Assembly: GCA_039621445.1 (NCBI GenBank)
Contig: CP154954.1
Coordinates: 40,293,572 to 40,357,571, forward strand
Length of the DNA stretch: 64,000 nucleotides
Source of the DNA: Euglena gracilis
Taxonomy: Eukaryota
Direction: 5' to 3'
The first letter of the stretch is position 1. The number at the start of each line of letters is the position of its first letter. Shown one piece after another: positions 11,006 through 24,400 of this stretch. The position numbers and the translations under genes were made by a program. The notes under the pieces were generated by a model. That model did no database searches. It had not been told where the DNA came from and worked only from the letters and a program-made list of their open reading frames with translations.

Positions 11006-14000
11006 CCAAAACGTCCCACCAGCCCCCGGGACCAGGTCAGCTGGGTTCCCCACCCCCCAAAAACCCCAGAATCAGCTGAGCCGCTGCTGGTCACCACCCC
11101 ACAATCACAAAATTTTGCCTTTTTTTTGTGTGTAATTTGGGACCATCATTCAATCTGGCTTTGAAAACCACACCCCCGCCCCTCTTGAACAGCTGAGAAT
11201 TGTCAAAATTTTGCAATTCGGGGGGGGGGGTTGAGCAGCGCTGTATCCCCCCAAAATTTGACATTTTTTTGAATCAATCGGGGCATGGGGTGTGCCAAAA
11301 TGTCCCACCGGCCCCCGGGACCAGGTCAGCTGGGTTCCCCACCCCCCAAAAGCCCCATGAACATCAGCACCACTGCTGCTCAACACCCCCCCAAATAGCA
11401 AAATTTTCACAATTTTTGGGTGCTAATCGGGGGAGGGGGGGCGTGGGGGCGTGATTTTCGGGACCAGATTGCCTCAATGCCAGGAATTGGGGGGTGCCAA
11501 AACGTGCGACCAGCCCCCGGGACCAGGTCAGCTGGGTTCCCCACCCCCCAAAACCCCCATGAATATCAGAACCACTGCTGCTCAACACCCCCCCCAAATA
11601 GCAAAATTTTCACAATTTTTGGGTGCTAATCGGGGGGGGGGGGGCGTGTGGGGGCGTGATTTTCGGGGCCAGATTGCCTCAATGCCAGGTAACGGGTTGC
11701 GCCAAAACGTCCCACCGGCCCCCGGGACCAGGTCAGCTGGGTTCCCCACCCCCCAAAAACCCATGAATATCAGCACCACTGCTGCTCAACACCCCCCAAA
11801 TAGCAAAATCTTCACAATATTTGGGCGTTAATCGGGGGGGGGGGGGGCGTGGGGGCGTGATTTTCGGGGCCAGATTGCCTCAATGCCAGGAATTGGGGGG
11901 TGCCAAAACGTGCGACCAGCCCCCGGGACCAGGTCAGCTGGGTTCCCCACCCCCAAAAACCCCACAATAACTAAAACCACTGCTGGTGAACACCCCACAA
12001 TAGCAAATTTTTGGCATTTTTTTGGTATAAGTCGGGGCGGAAGGGGGGGGGGGCGTGGTTTCAAGGACCAGATTGCCTCAATGCCAGGAATTGGGGGGGC
12101 CAAAACGTGCGACCAGCCCCCGGGACCAGGTCAGCTGGGTTCCCCACCCCCAAAAACCACACAGTAATTGAAACCACTGCTGAAAACACCCCAACTACAA
12201 TTGCAAAAGTTTTGGCAATTTTTTGGTCTTTATAAATAGGCGGCGGGACAGGGGGGGCGGGGGCGTGGTTATAGGTGGACCAGATTGTTTTTGTTTGTTT
12301 CCGCTCCAATCACACAAATTTTATTTGTGCCTTTTTTTTTGTTGGTGTGTAAGTTTGGGACCATCATTCAGGAATTGGGGGGTGCCAAAACGTGCAACCA
12401 GCCCCCGGGACCAGGTCAGCTGGGTTCCCCACCACCAAAAACCACACAGTAATTGAAACCACTGCTGAAAACACCCCACAATTGCAAAAGTTTTGGCAAT
12501 TTTTTGGTATAAATCGGGGCGGAAGGGGGGGGGGGGGGGGGTTCTCGGGACCAGATTGCCTCAATGCCAGGAATTGGGGGGGGCCAAAACGTGCGACCGG
12601 CCCCTGGGACCAGGTCAGCTGGGTTCCCCACCCCCCAAAAACCCATGAATATCAGCACCACTGCTGAAAACACCCCCCAAATAGCAAAATCTTCACAATC
12701 TTTGGGCGTTAATCGGGGGAAGGGGGGGCGTGGGGGCGTGATTTTCGGGGCCAGATTGGCTCAATGCCAGGAATTGGGGGGGGCCAAAACGTGCGACCAG
12801 CCCCCGGGACCAGGTCAGCTGGGTTCCCCACCCCCAAAACCCCACAATAACTAAAACCACTGCTGGTGAACACCCCACAATAGCAAATTCTTGGCATTTT
12901 TTTGGTATAAGTCGGGGCGGAGGGGGGGGGGGCGTGGTTTCAAGGACCAGATTGCCTCAATGCCAGGAATTGGGGGGTGCCAAAACGTGCAACCAGCCCC
13001 CGGGACCAGGTCAGCTGGGTTCCCCACCACCAAAAACCACACAGTAATTGAAACCACTGCTGAAAACACCCCACAATTGCAAAAGTTTTGGCAATTTTTT
13101 GGTATAAATCGGGGCGGAAGGGGGGGGGGGGGGGGGGTTCTCGGGACCAGATTGCCTCAATGCCAGGAATTGGGGGGTGCCAAAACGTGCGACCGGCCCC
13201 TGGGACCAGGTCAGCTGGGTTCCCCACCCCCCAAAAACCCATGAATATCAGCACCACTGCTGAAAACACCCCCCAAATAGCAAAATTTGGCCATTTTTTG
13301 GTATAAAATCGGGGGCGGGGGGGGGTGGGGGCGTGATTTCGGGGCCAGATTGGCTCAATGCCAGGAATTGGGGGGTGCCAAAACGTGCGACCAGCCCCCG
13401 GGACCAGGTCAGCTGGGTTCCCCACCCCCAAAAACCCCACAGTAATTGAAACCACTGCTGAAAACACCCCACAAGTGCAAATTTTGGCATTTTTGGGTAT
13501 AAGTCGGGGCGGAGGGGGGGGGGGGCGTGGTTCTCGGGACCAGATTGCCTCAATGCCAGGAATTGGGGGGTGCCAAAACGTGCAACCAGCCCCCGGGACC
13601 AGGTCAGCTGGGTTCCCCACCCCCAAAAACCACACAGTAATTGAAACCACTGCTGAAAACACCCCACAATTGCAAAAGTTTTGGCAATTTTTTGGTATAA
13701 ATCGGGGCGGAAGGGGAGGTGGCGTGGTTTCAAGGACCAGATTGCCTCAATGCCAGGAATTGGGGGGTGCCAAAACGTGCGACCGGCCCCTGGGACCAGG
13801 TCAGCTGGGTTCCCCACCCCCAAAAACCCCACAGTAATGGAAACAACGGCTGAAAAAACCCCACAATTGCAAAAGTTTTTTTGCAATTTTTTGGTATAAA
13901 TCAAAAATCGGGGCGGAAGGGGGGGGTGGGGGGGGGGGGGGGGGGGGGGGGGGGCTTTTCGGGACCAGATTGCCTCAATGCCAGGAATTGGGGGGTGCCA

Positions 14001-14540
14001 AAACGTGCGACCGGCCCCTGGGACCAGGTCAGCTGGGTTCCCCACCCCCAAAACCCCACAATAATTGAAACCACTGCTGAAAACACCCCACAATTGCAAA
14101 AGTTTTGGCAATTTTTTGGTATAAATCGGGGCGGAAGGGGGGGGGCGTGGTTCTCGGGACCAGATTGCCTCAATGCCAGGAATTGGGGGGTGCCAAAACG
14201 TGCGACCAGCCCCCGGGACCAGGTCAGCTGGGTTCCCCACCCCCCAAAAACCCATGAATATCAGCACCACTGCTGCTCAACACCCCCCAAATAGCAAAAT
14301 CTTCACAATTTTTTGGGCGTATAAATCGGGGAAGGGGGGGGGGGCGTGGTTTTCGGGACCAGATTGCCTCAATGCCAGGAATTGGGGGGTGCCAAAACGT
14401 GCGACCAGGGACCAGGTCAGCTGGGTTCCCCACCCCCAAAACCCCACAATAATTGAAACCACTGCTGAAAACACCCCACAATTGCAAAAGTTTTGGCAAT
14501 TTTTTGGTATAAATCGGGGCGGAAGGGGGGGGGCGTGTGT
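11006..14540. repeat. ~196-bp satellite array 2
   Basis: Same monomer and same lead-in as array 1 (offset 10933). Confidence 0.95.
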
Positions 14541-15765
14541 CTGGGGGGCGGGGAACCCAGCTGGCCTTGGTGCCTGCGGATTGTGCCCCATCAGGCACCT
14601 CTCAAATACCCCCGTCAGTATTTTGCTATTTCGGCCCAACATTTGTCCAATGAGGAAATGTTTTTGGTGTGGAAATCCCAATGTGGGTGTGTTCCCATGT
14701 GCTAATGTGAGCGTGAGAAATGCCTGAATTTTTTTGGGAAAAGTTTTTTCCAAACCCTAAACACCCACAATTCGCAAAGTTTTGCAATTTTTTTTTTGTA
14801 TAATGTGGGGGGGGGGGGGGAGGGGGTGGGGGTTGTGTTGTGTGTGTTCTCAATTTGGTGTGAAATCCAATTTTCAGCAGTAGGAATGCCTGATTTTTGG
14901 AAAATTTTTTCCATACCTTGGGTTCGGTCAATTTGGCAACCGAAAATGTGGTGTTCCGCCACTGGTCCAAACCACACCCTATGCATGTGACGCTGCTTCC
15001 GCACCTTCTGCAGATCCATTGCAAGAAATGATGATTCATTGAGATTGAGCAATCACCATGCTTCGGACGAAACCTGATTTCGAAACAATTGAATATCTGC
15101 AAGGCGATGACGCAGATTCAGACGACGATTGTTATGAAGGTGATGTCTCTCACCAGCAAAATGCTTACCTCCCCCCCCCATGCCTAATGAACACCCTTGC
15201 CCAATGAACAGGGGGTGTTCGGACCGTCTAGATTGTCACCTTAGTGTTCATTGGGCTTGGGGAGGGGGAGGTACAATTTTGGGCGTCAATCGGGGGGGGG
15301 GCATGGCGGCGTGATTTTCGGGGCCAGATTGCCTCAATGCCAGGAAATGGGGTGCGCCAAAACGCCCCACCAGCCCCCGGGACCAGGTCAGCTGGGTTCC
15401 CCACCCCCCTAAACCCCAGAATCAGCCGAGCCACTGCTGGTCACCACCCCACAATCGCAAAAGTTTGCCTTTGTGTAATTTGGGACCATCTGTGTGACGG
15501 GTCAAAAGGCAGGGTTTCTGGTTCGTGAAGGAACAGGGTCAGGGTTAGTGTCAGAGACCCAGTCCGGGGGATGGTGGCACGTTTTGGCACCCCGCATTTC
15601 TTGGCATTCAATCTGGCTTTGAAAACCACGCCCCCGCCCCCCCCCCCCTTTCAACAGCTGAAAATTGTTAAAATTTTGCAATTCGGGGGGTTGAGCAGCG
15701 CTGTATCCCCCCCCCAAAATTTGACATTTTTTTGAATCAATTGGGGCATGCTGTGTGTCAAAACG

Positions 15766-16849
15766 GGTACTTGTCTGTTAGTCGATCCACGGCAAAACAG
15801 GTCGATCCACACCTATTTTGGCCTACTTTGGGTCACTGATGTATTTTAGGTCACTGGAAAGCACATAACAGGGTCAGAAGATACGGCTGGTGTCGACACA
15901 GGGTCTAGAGAGTTAGGGTCAGGGTCAGGGTCAGGGTTTAGGGTTAGGGTTCTGGGTTCGGGTTTGGGTTTAGGGTTGGGTTTTGGTTTAGGTAAACCCT
16001 AACCCTAACCGTAACCCTTACCCAAAACCCAAAACCCTAACCGTAACCCCCCCCCCCTAGTCGTACGACCACCCCTCATTTACGACCACCCCCCAGCCAC
16101 AGGTTGCAGGTCATGGGGGTGTTATGACCACCTCCCCCGGTCACAGGTTGCAGGTTATGGGGGTGTTACGACCACCCCCCCCCCCCCCCCCCCCGGTCAC
16201 AGGTTGCAGGAACCCGGTCGTACGACTAGGGAAGGGGGGATAACCCTAAACCGTGACCCTAACCCTTACTCTCTAGACAACCCTCTCTGTGCCGACACCA
16301 GCCGTATCTTCTGACCCTTTTTTTTGTGCTTTCCCTGTCCATTAGTGACCCAAAGAGGGCCAAAAATAGGGTTAGGGATAGGGTTAGGGAAAGGGCTGGG
16401 GTTATGGTCACATTGCCCTAACCCTAAACCTAACCCTAACTCGGTACTTGTTCGGTAAGGGACCGCCAGTGAAATTTCTCTAAGTCGGTTATCATGGGGT
16501 TAATTGAAGGAGTAGGGTTAGGTGCGCACAAGGCCATTTTGCGCTACATGGCCATGTTGCGCAACATGGCCATGTAGCGCAAAATGGGCATGTGCGCACC
16601 TAACCCTACTCCTTCAATAACCCTAAAAATTCCGACTTAGAGAAATTTCACTGGCGGTCCTTTACCGAACAAGTACCCCTAACTCTGCAGACCCTGTGCC
16701 GACACCAGCCGTATCTTCTGACCCTGTTTTGTGCTTTCCCTGTCCCTCAGTGACCCAAAGTAGGCCAAAAATAGGAGTAGGCCAAAAATAGGTGTGGATC
16801 GACTAACAGACTTGATGCACTGCCGTGGATCGACTAACAGACAAGTACC
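15766..16849. mobile_element. Second copy of the GGTAC foldback element (the right end of a third copy is at 1-72)
   Basis: Same TIRs, TSD and interior as 9928-11005. Confidence 0.8.
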
Positions 16850-17760
16850 CCAAAACGTCCCACCAGCCCCCGGGACCAGGTCAGCTGGGTTCCCCACCCC
16901 CCAAAAACCCCAGAATCAGCTGAGCCGCTGCTGGTCACCACCCCACAATCACAAAATTTTGCCTTTTTTTTGTGTGTAATTTGGGACCATCATTCAATCT
17001 GGCTTTGAAAACCACACCCCCGCCCCTCTTGAACAGCTGAGAATTGTCAAAATTTTGCAATTCGGGGGGGGGGGGTTGAGCAGCGCTGTATCCCCCCAAA
17101 ATTTGACATTTTTTTGAATCAATCGGGGCATGGGGTGTGCCAAAATGTCCCACCGGCCCCCGGGACCAGGTCAGCTGGGTTCCCCACCCCCCAAAAGCCC
17201 CATGAACATCAGCACCACTGCTGCTCAACACCCCCCAAATAGCAAAATTTTCACAATTTTTGGGTGCTAATCGGGGGAGGGGGGGGGGGGGGGCGTGATT
17301 TTCGGGACCAGATTGCCTCAATGCCAGGAATTGGGGGGTGCCAAAACGTGCGACCAGCCCCCGGGACCAGGTCAGCTGGGTTCCCCACCCCCCAAAACCC
17401 CCATGAATATCAGAACCACTGCTGCTCAACACCCCCCCCAAATAGCAAAATTTTCACAATTTTTGGGTGCTAATCAGGGGGGGGGGGGGGGGGGGGGGGG
17501 GTTTTCGGGGCCAGATTGCCTCAATGCCCGGTAATGGGTTGCGCCAAAACGTCCCACCGGCCCCCGGGACCAGGTCAGCTGGGTTCCCCACCCCCCAAAA
17601 ACCCACAAAAAACGAAACCCAATATTGAAAATACCCCACAATTGCAAAATTTTGGCAATTTTTTGGTATAAATCGGGGCGGGGGGGGGGGTGTGGTTTAC
17701 GGGACCAGATATCCTCAATGCCAGGAACTGGGGGGGGGTGTCGAAAAACACCACCAGGCG
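16850..17760. repeat. ~196-bp satellite array 3 (short), followed by an inverted monomer
   Basis: Same lead-in (offset 16777); 17780-17900 is the reverse complement of a diverged monomer. Confidence 0.9.
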
Positions 17761-19950
17761 CTGAAAATAACCCCTGTCTCCCGCCCCGATTTATGCCGAA
17801 AAAAATTGCCAAAATCTCACCATTCGGTTGTGTTCAGTTGCAGTGGTTTTCGTTATTATTCGGTGTCTGGGGGGCGGGGAACCCAGTTGGCCTTGGTGCC
17901 TGCGGATTGTGCCCCATCAGGCACCTCTCAAATACCCCCGTCAGTATTTTGCTATTTCGGCCCAACATTTGTCCAACGAGGAAATGCTTTTCATCAAATG
18001 ATGTGGGTTTTGCGTGAGAAGTTTGGTTAACCAATCTCTGTCCGTTTTAACCGTGTTAACCATGGTTAATCACTCATTCCCCGCTTTAGCGGTTACCTGG
18101 GGGGGTCTTTTTTCCCAGCCGGTTCTCAATTTGGTGTGAAAACTAAATTTCAGCAGTGGGTATGCCTGATTTTTGGAAAATTTTTCCATATCTTGGGTTC
18201 GGTCAATTTGGCAACCGATAATGTGGTGTTCCGCCGCTGGTCCAAACCACCCCCTATGCATGTGACGCTGCTTCCGCACCTTCTGCAGATCCATTGCAAG
18301 AAATGATGATTCATTGAGATTGAGCAATCACCATGCTTCGAATGGAACCTGATTTCGAAACAATTGAATATCTGCAAGACGATGACGCAGATTTGGATGA
18401 CGGTTGTTATGAAGGTGATGTCTCTCACCACGTCAAAAGTGACAATATTGAGTGTTTTTGATTCAGCCAAAAAAGGCACGAGGTTTTTCGAAAATCGAAA
18501 ACAACCAGTCAATTTTGTTTTACCAATTTTTTGACCCCCATTTTATTTTTGCCAGGCAATGGGAACCAAAATGTGACACAAAGCTTTTGAAGCAGCCCTC
18601 GTTGGGGAACAATTGGAAAAGGACAGCCCTGTGTTGTGGGATGCAAACAAGGGAATTGGCAGTCGGTGGATTGGATGAAATACTGGATCATTTTTTGAAG
18701 TGTGAGATTCAGGCAAGCTTTCCAGGAAAAGAACAGGAAAGATGTGTTTTAGAGAATTGGGAATGCCATCCACCGCCAGGGTGTGTGTGGTTGACCACAA
18801 GCATTTGAGTGGGGTATTTGAAATTTGATTGAAGGGTGGAGACAAAGGGGGGGGCTGGGGTGCGTGCGCTCTTGCCCAGGATGAGAGGTCACCAAACCCC
18901 GAATTGACCCCCCGCCAATTTGCAATTGGGGGACAATTGTTGAAACGGTTCCGGCAATGGCATTTTGGCACCCCCCCCAGTTCCTGGAATTGAGGGCAAC
19001 CGCTGTCCCACCTTTTGCAGGCTGTTTCTGGGGCAAAAAACCTGCCCCCCCCCCCAGTCGTACGACCACCCCTCATTTACGACCACCCCCCCCGGTCACA
19101 GGTTGCAGGTTATGGGGGGTGTTATGACCCCCCCGGTCACAGGTTGCAGGAACCCGGTCATACGACTGGGGGAGGTATGTTAAGTAATTCGACGTTTCAC
19201 ACCAGGCGGGTGGGAGGGCGTTTTTGCTATTGCATACTAGAGAACCATTGCCCCCCGTCACTCCCCCCCCCCTTTGGTGGTGTGCAGGGCGAGGACGTCC
19301 CGGTGTCGCCGGAGGCCCACACCGCCCCCCCCCCCCCACGGCCGCCGCCGGCAGGCCACGGCGGGCCGGCAAGGCGGCGTAGGGCAGAACCGGAATCGGC
19401 CAAATAGCCAGGATGGTCGGTGGGGGGGATCCCCCCCCGCCACGTCTTCCCGTATTTCATGGAGCACCAATTTCTGGAAGAGAAAAAATCTCAGTAAAAT
19501 TGGATTGTGCCAAGATTTTGGTCATTTTTTTTGTGTTTCGTTCCTTTCAACCCCCTTCTAAAAAATACCAATTTCTGAACCATGTTTAGCATGTATTTTG
19601 GGTGCATTTTTTCAAAAAGAATTTCAAAAATTTTCCCCGGCCAAATCCCCGTTTTCCCAAAATTGGTGGGGGGTCGACCCCCCCCCCCCACTGGGCCTTC
19701 CCGTTGTGCCGTGGGGCGGCGGGGAAGGAGGCCAGCGTTGCCGCAGCGGTCTGCCTGGCATCCCCTTTGGTGGGGGTTTTGTTACTGTTTGTTTTCCCCA
19801 AAGTTTGGCACTGATGTTCTAGCATTTCCCGAAGTTTCCGTCCGGCTTGATGGTTTTTCCAGCAATTTTTGCCAGGGTCCCAGTTGGGCCCGTCCACCAG
19901 ACATATGATGTCCTGGCCAGGCATTTATAACCATTTGCCAGGGTGGCCGC

Positions 19951-20427
19951 CAGGCTTTTGCTTAAGGGATTGCAGCACCCCCCCCCCCCCCCCCGGGGGG
20001 GGGCGGGGTGCAGCTAGTTCAAATTTGGCTAGTGGGATTTCGGGGGGGGGGGGGTCTGCTAGCAGGGCTAGCCAGTGGAATTTTTTTTTCCAGTGACCGG
20101 TGCAAAGTGCCAGAAATGTTTTCGGGACCCCCCCAAAAAATGGCCAAAAATGCCCATTTTTGGTCATTTTTGGGAATTTTTGGAACAAAATCGGCCAAAA
20201 AACCTATTAAAAACCTCATTTCCACCCCGGCGAACAGCGCCAGAAAAAAAAAAAATTTCCCACAGTGGGGGGGGAACCCCACCCACCCCAAGACCCATTG
20301 CCCCGTCAATCTACCCACCCCCCCCCCCCGGGGGGGGAGGTGTGGACCAGCTGCTCCATTTTTCCAGTGTCCAGCCGATTGGCCGCCAGAACCCCCCCAG
20401 CCCCGGAGGTCTTTAATCAAAAGCCTG
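19951..20427. mobile_element. hAT-like MITE family A
   Basis: TIR CAGGCTTTTGCTTAAGG / (imperfect) TTAATCAAAAGCCTG; TSD GTGGCCGC/GTGGCCGG. Confidence 0.75.
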
Positions 20428-20453
20428 GTGGCCGGAACACTTAGTTGTAGGTC

Positions 20454-21361
20454 CAAGGATGAGTCTTGGTCTTGTATTCTTGGGGGGGTACCAAGAGTGA
20501 CCCAAGATTCTTGCCCCCCCACCCAAGACCCAAGATCTTGGGTGCAGGCAATGCGAATGTGAAGAAACAAGATGCTCAACACCAAGTCTTGGCCCTTGCC
20601 ATCAATGCACCCAAGAAAGATTTGCGTCGTGCTAGGCCATCAGCAACGCCGTGCACGATGCCACGCAAAGCTGCGCCAGGCTGTCCAACCCGAGGGGGGT
20701 CAGAAGCATGAGTGCCTGCCCAGGAGGCACTACCCCCCCGTGGGTTTCGGCTGGCCGGTCCTTGAATAGGCCAGGCCAGCTTGGCGCCGGCGCCAGGGTG
20801 CCCAGATGGCCAAGTTTGTTGGAGTGCTTGGGGTGCCTGCCCACAAAAACAACCCGGGCTTGGGGCCAGCTTTGGACGCATGACAGCTGTTCATGGCACA
20901 GGGTGCAAGCCGGGCGGTTTGGGCGTTTCCAAGCTTGGCTGCGGCTGGTGTTGCAGCCTTTCCCATTTTAGGCCAATTTTTTTAGTGCCTGGCGCCCCCC
21001 CAGGGGTTTTGTGGTTGGAAAGTTTGGTGGCTCCCAAAAAGGTGGCCAAAGCAAGTTTGGTTGGAGGGTGGGCCTGCTGCGGCCAGAAATGAAAGAAACC
21101 AGTGTTGGAGAGAAGCTGATGCGAAGGGTTAGGAGCGCAACTTTCCAAGCATAAATGTGCGAAATGCGTTGCGAAAAAAAAATGAAAATCACAAACTCCC
21201 GGCGACGTTTTAAAAGTTTAGGTTCACGACCTAGAGAAACCTTCTGTGACGAAAAAATTTTTCGGCCGGGGTCCCAAGACCCAAGAATCTTGTCATTCTT
21301 GGGTACCCCCCCAAGAAGCAAGATCTTGGGGGGGTAACCCAAGACCCAAGACTCATCCTTG
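20454..21361. mobile_element. 908-bp non-autonomous TIR element, P-superfamily-like ends
   Basis: TIR CAAGGATGAGTCTTGG/CCAAGACTCATCCTTG; 7-bp TSD GTAGGTC; subterminal CCCAAGA/TCTTGGG motifs at both ends. Confidence 0.72.
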
Positions 21362-21419
21362 GTAGGTCCAAGGCAGGAGACAAGCTGAGGCTGACCGAAA
21401 CACACCATCAAGCTGCAAA

Positions 21420-24400
21420 GGCGGCCGGCGTGGCCTAAGCAAGCAAATGGCTGCAAGTGCGGCTGAACAAGCAAACGGCTGCCGCCGTGGCCGAAGCAAG
21501 CAAATGGCTGCAAGTGCGGCCGAAGCAAGCAAATGGCCCGTGCGGCCGAAGCAAGCAAATGGCTGCAAGCGTGCCAAAGCAAGCAAATGGCCGCCAGGGG
21601 CTAAAGCAAGCAAATGGCTGCCGGCGCGGCCAAAGCTAGTAACGGCGTGGCCGAAGCAAGCAAATGGCCCGCCCGAAGTAAGCAAATGGCCGGTGCGGCC
21701 GAAGCAAGCAAATGGCTGCTGGCGTGGCTGAAGCAAGCAAATGGCTGCCAGTGCGGCCGAAGCAAGCAATTGGCCGATCCGAAGCAAGCAAATGGCTGGT
21801 CCGAAGCAAGCAAATGGATGCTGGCGCGGGCAAGCAAATGGCATGCGTGGCCAAAGCAAACAAATGGCTGCTAGCGCGGCCGAAGCAAGCAAATGGCTGC
21901 TAGCGCGGCAAAAGCAAGCAAATGGCTGCTAGTGCGGTCGAAGCAAGCAAATGGCGCGCGTGGCAAAAGCAAGCAAATGGCTGCTAGTGCGGTCGAAGCA
22001 AGCAAATGGCTGCAAGGGCGCCTAAGCAAGCAAGTGGCTGCCAGTGCGGCCGACGCAAGCAAATGGCCGGTTTGAAGCAAGCAAATGGCTGCTGGCGTGG
22101 CCGAAGCAAGCAAACGGCTGCTAGCGTGGCCGAAGCAGGCAAATGGCTGCAAGCGCGCCAAAGCAAGCAAATGGCTGCAAGCGCGCCAAAGCAAGCAAAT
22201 GGCTGCAAGCGCGCCAAAGCAAGCAAATGGCTGCAAGCGCGCCAAAGCATTAAATGGCTGCTAGGGCGGCCGAAGCAAGCAAATGGCTGGTAGCGCTGCC
22301 AAGCAAGCAAATGGCCGCAAGTGCGGCTGAAGCAAGCAAATGGCTGCAAGCGCGCCAAAGCAAGCAAATGGCTGCTAGGGCGGCCGAAGCAAGCAAAAGG
22401 TGTGCATGGCCGAAGCAAGCAAGTGGCTGCTAGGGCGGCCGATGCAAGCAAATGACTGGTGGGGTGGCCGAAGCAAGCAAATGGCTGTTAGCGCGGCCGA
22501 AGCAAGCAAATGGCTTGTCCGAAGCAAGCAATGGCTGCTGGCGCGGCCAAAGCTGGCAACTGGCCGGCGTGGTCGAAGTGAGCAAATGGACCACGCGGCT
22601 GAAACAAGCAAATGGCTTCAAGCGCGCCAAAGCAAGCAAATGGCTGCCAGTGCGGCCGACGCAAGCAAATGGCCGGTCCGAAGCAAGCAAATGGCGTGCG
22701 TGGCCAAAGCAAACAAAGGGTTGTGAATGCGGTCGAAGCAAGCAAATGGCGTGCGTGGCCGAAGCAATCAAACAGCCGGTCCGAAGCAAGCAAATGGCTG
22801 CAGGCGTGGCCGAAGCAAGCAAACGGCTGCTAGCGTGGCCGAAGCAATCAAATGGCGCGCGTGGCAAAAGCAAACAAATGGCTGCTAGTGCGGTCGAAGC
22901 AAGCAAATGGCTGGCAGCGCGGCCAAGCAAGCAAGTGGCTGCAAGTGCGGCCGAAGCAAGCAAGCAAACAGATGGCTGCAAGTGCGGCCGAAGCAAGCAA
23001 ATGGCTGCTAGTACGGTCGAAGCAAGCAATTGGCTGCCGGCGTGGCCGAAGCAAGCAGACGGCCAGTCTGAAGCAAGCAAATGGCTGCCGTCGTGGCCGA
23101 AGCAAGCAAACGGCTGTTAGCGTGGCCGAAGCAAGCAAATGGCGCGCACGGCCAAAGCAAACAAATGGCTGCTAGTGCGGTCGAAGCAAGCAAATGGCTG
23201 CCGGCGCGGCCGAAGCAGGCAAATGGCTGGTAGCGCAGCCAAGCAAGCAAGTGGCTGCAAGTGCAGCCGAAGCAAGCAAGCAAACAAATGGCTGCGAGTG
23301 CAGTCGAAGCAAGCAACTGGCTGCCGGCGTGGCCGAAGCAAGCAGACGGCCGGTCCGAAGCAAGCAAACGGCTGCTAGCATGGCCGAAGCAAGCAAGTGG
23401 CTGCTAGTGCGGTCGAAAGCAAGCAAATGGCGCGCGTGGCCGAAGCAAGCAAGTGGTTGCCGACGTTACGGAAGCAAGCAACTGGCTGCCAGTGCAGCCG
23501 AAGCAAGCAAATGGCCGGTCTGAAGCAAGCAAATGGCTGCAAGCGCGCCAAGCAAGCAGCAAATGGCTGCAAGCGCGCCAAAGCAAGCAAATGGCTGCCA
23601 GCGCTGCCGAAGCAAGCAAATGGCGGTGCGAAGCAAGCAAATGGCTGCTAGCGCGGCCGAAGCAAGCAAATGGCGCGCGTGGCCGAAGCCAACCAAATGG
23701 CTGCAGGTAGGCGGTCGAAACGCAAGCAGCAAATGGCTGCCCGCAGCCGAAGCAAGTCATATGGCTGCTAACCCTGCGGCCTATCAAGCCAAGCAAAGTG
23801 AAAATGAAGAAAAAGGGCTGAAGCAAGATCGGCAGCCGCGCACCGCCAACACCTAGTGGCTCCGATCAAGCAAGGACGGCGGAACGTTTTTAGGCCACAA
23901 GCATTGCTGCTAGTGTCGTGCAAGTACCGACGGCCAAATGGCGAGCAACCAAGCAAATGCTGCGGCCGAACAATGTAATGTCCAAGTGCGAAGCTGCTAG
24001 CTGCCGAAGCAAGCAATAGGGCGTGGCCGAAAGCAAGCAAGCCAGAAGCAAGCAAATGGCCGTGGATCGAAGCAAGCAATGGTGCTGGCGCGGCCGAAGC
24101 GGCCGCCGAAAGCAAGCAAATGGCTGCTCAGTGCCGAAGCAAGCAAATGGCTGCCCAGTGCGGGGCGAAGCAGCAAAGGCCGGTCGGTCGAAGCAAGCAA
24201 TGGTTTGAAAGTGGCCGAAGCAAGCAGCAAATATGGCCGGGCGAAGCAAGTGGCAAAGGCTGCCAGTGCGGCCGAAGCAAGAGTGGAGGGACGGAGCCGC
24301 GAAGCAAGCAAATGGCTCAACGAAAAGAAGAACAAAACTGCGCAGTGAGTAGAGCAAGGCCCGGAAAGGCGAGTGAGCCTCGAAAGCAAGCAAATGCGCT

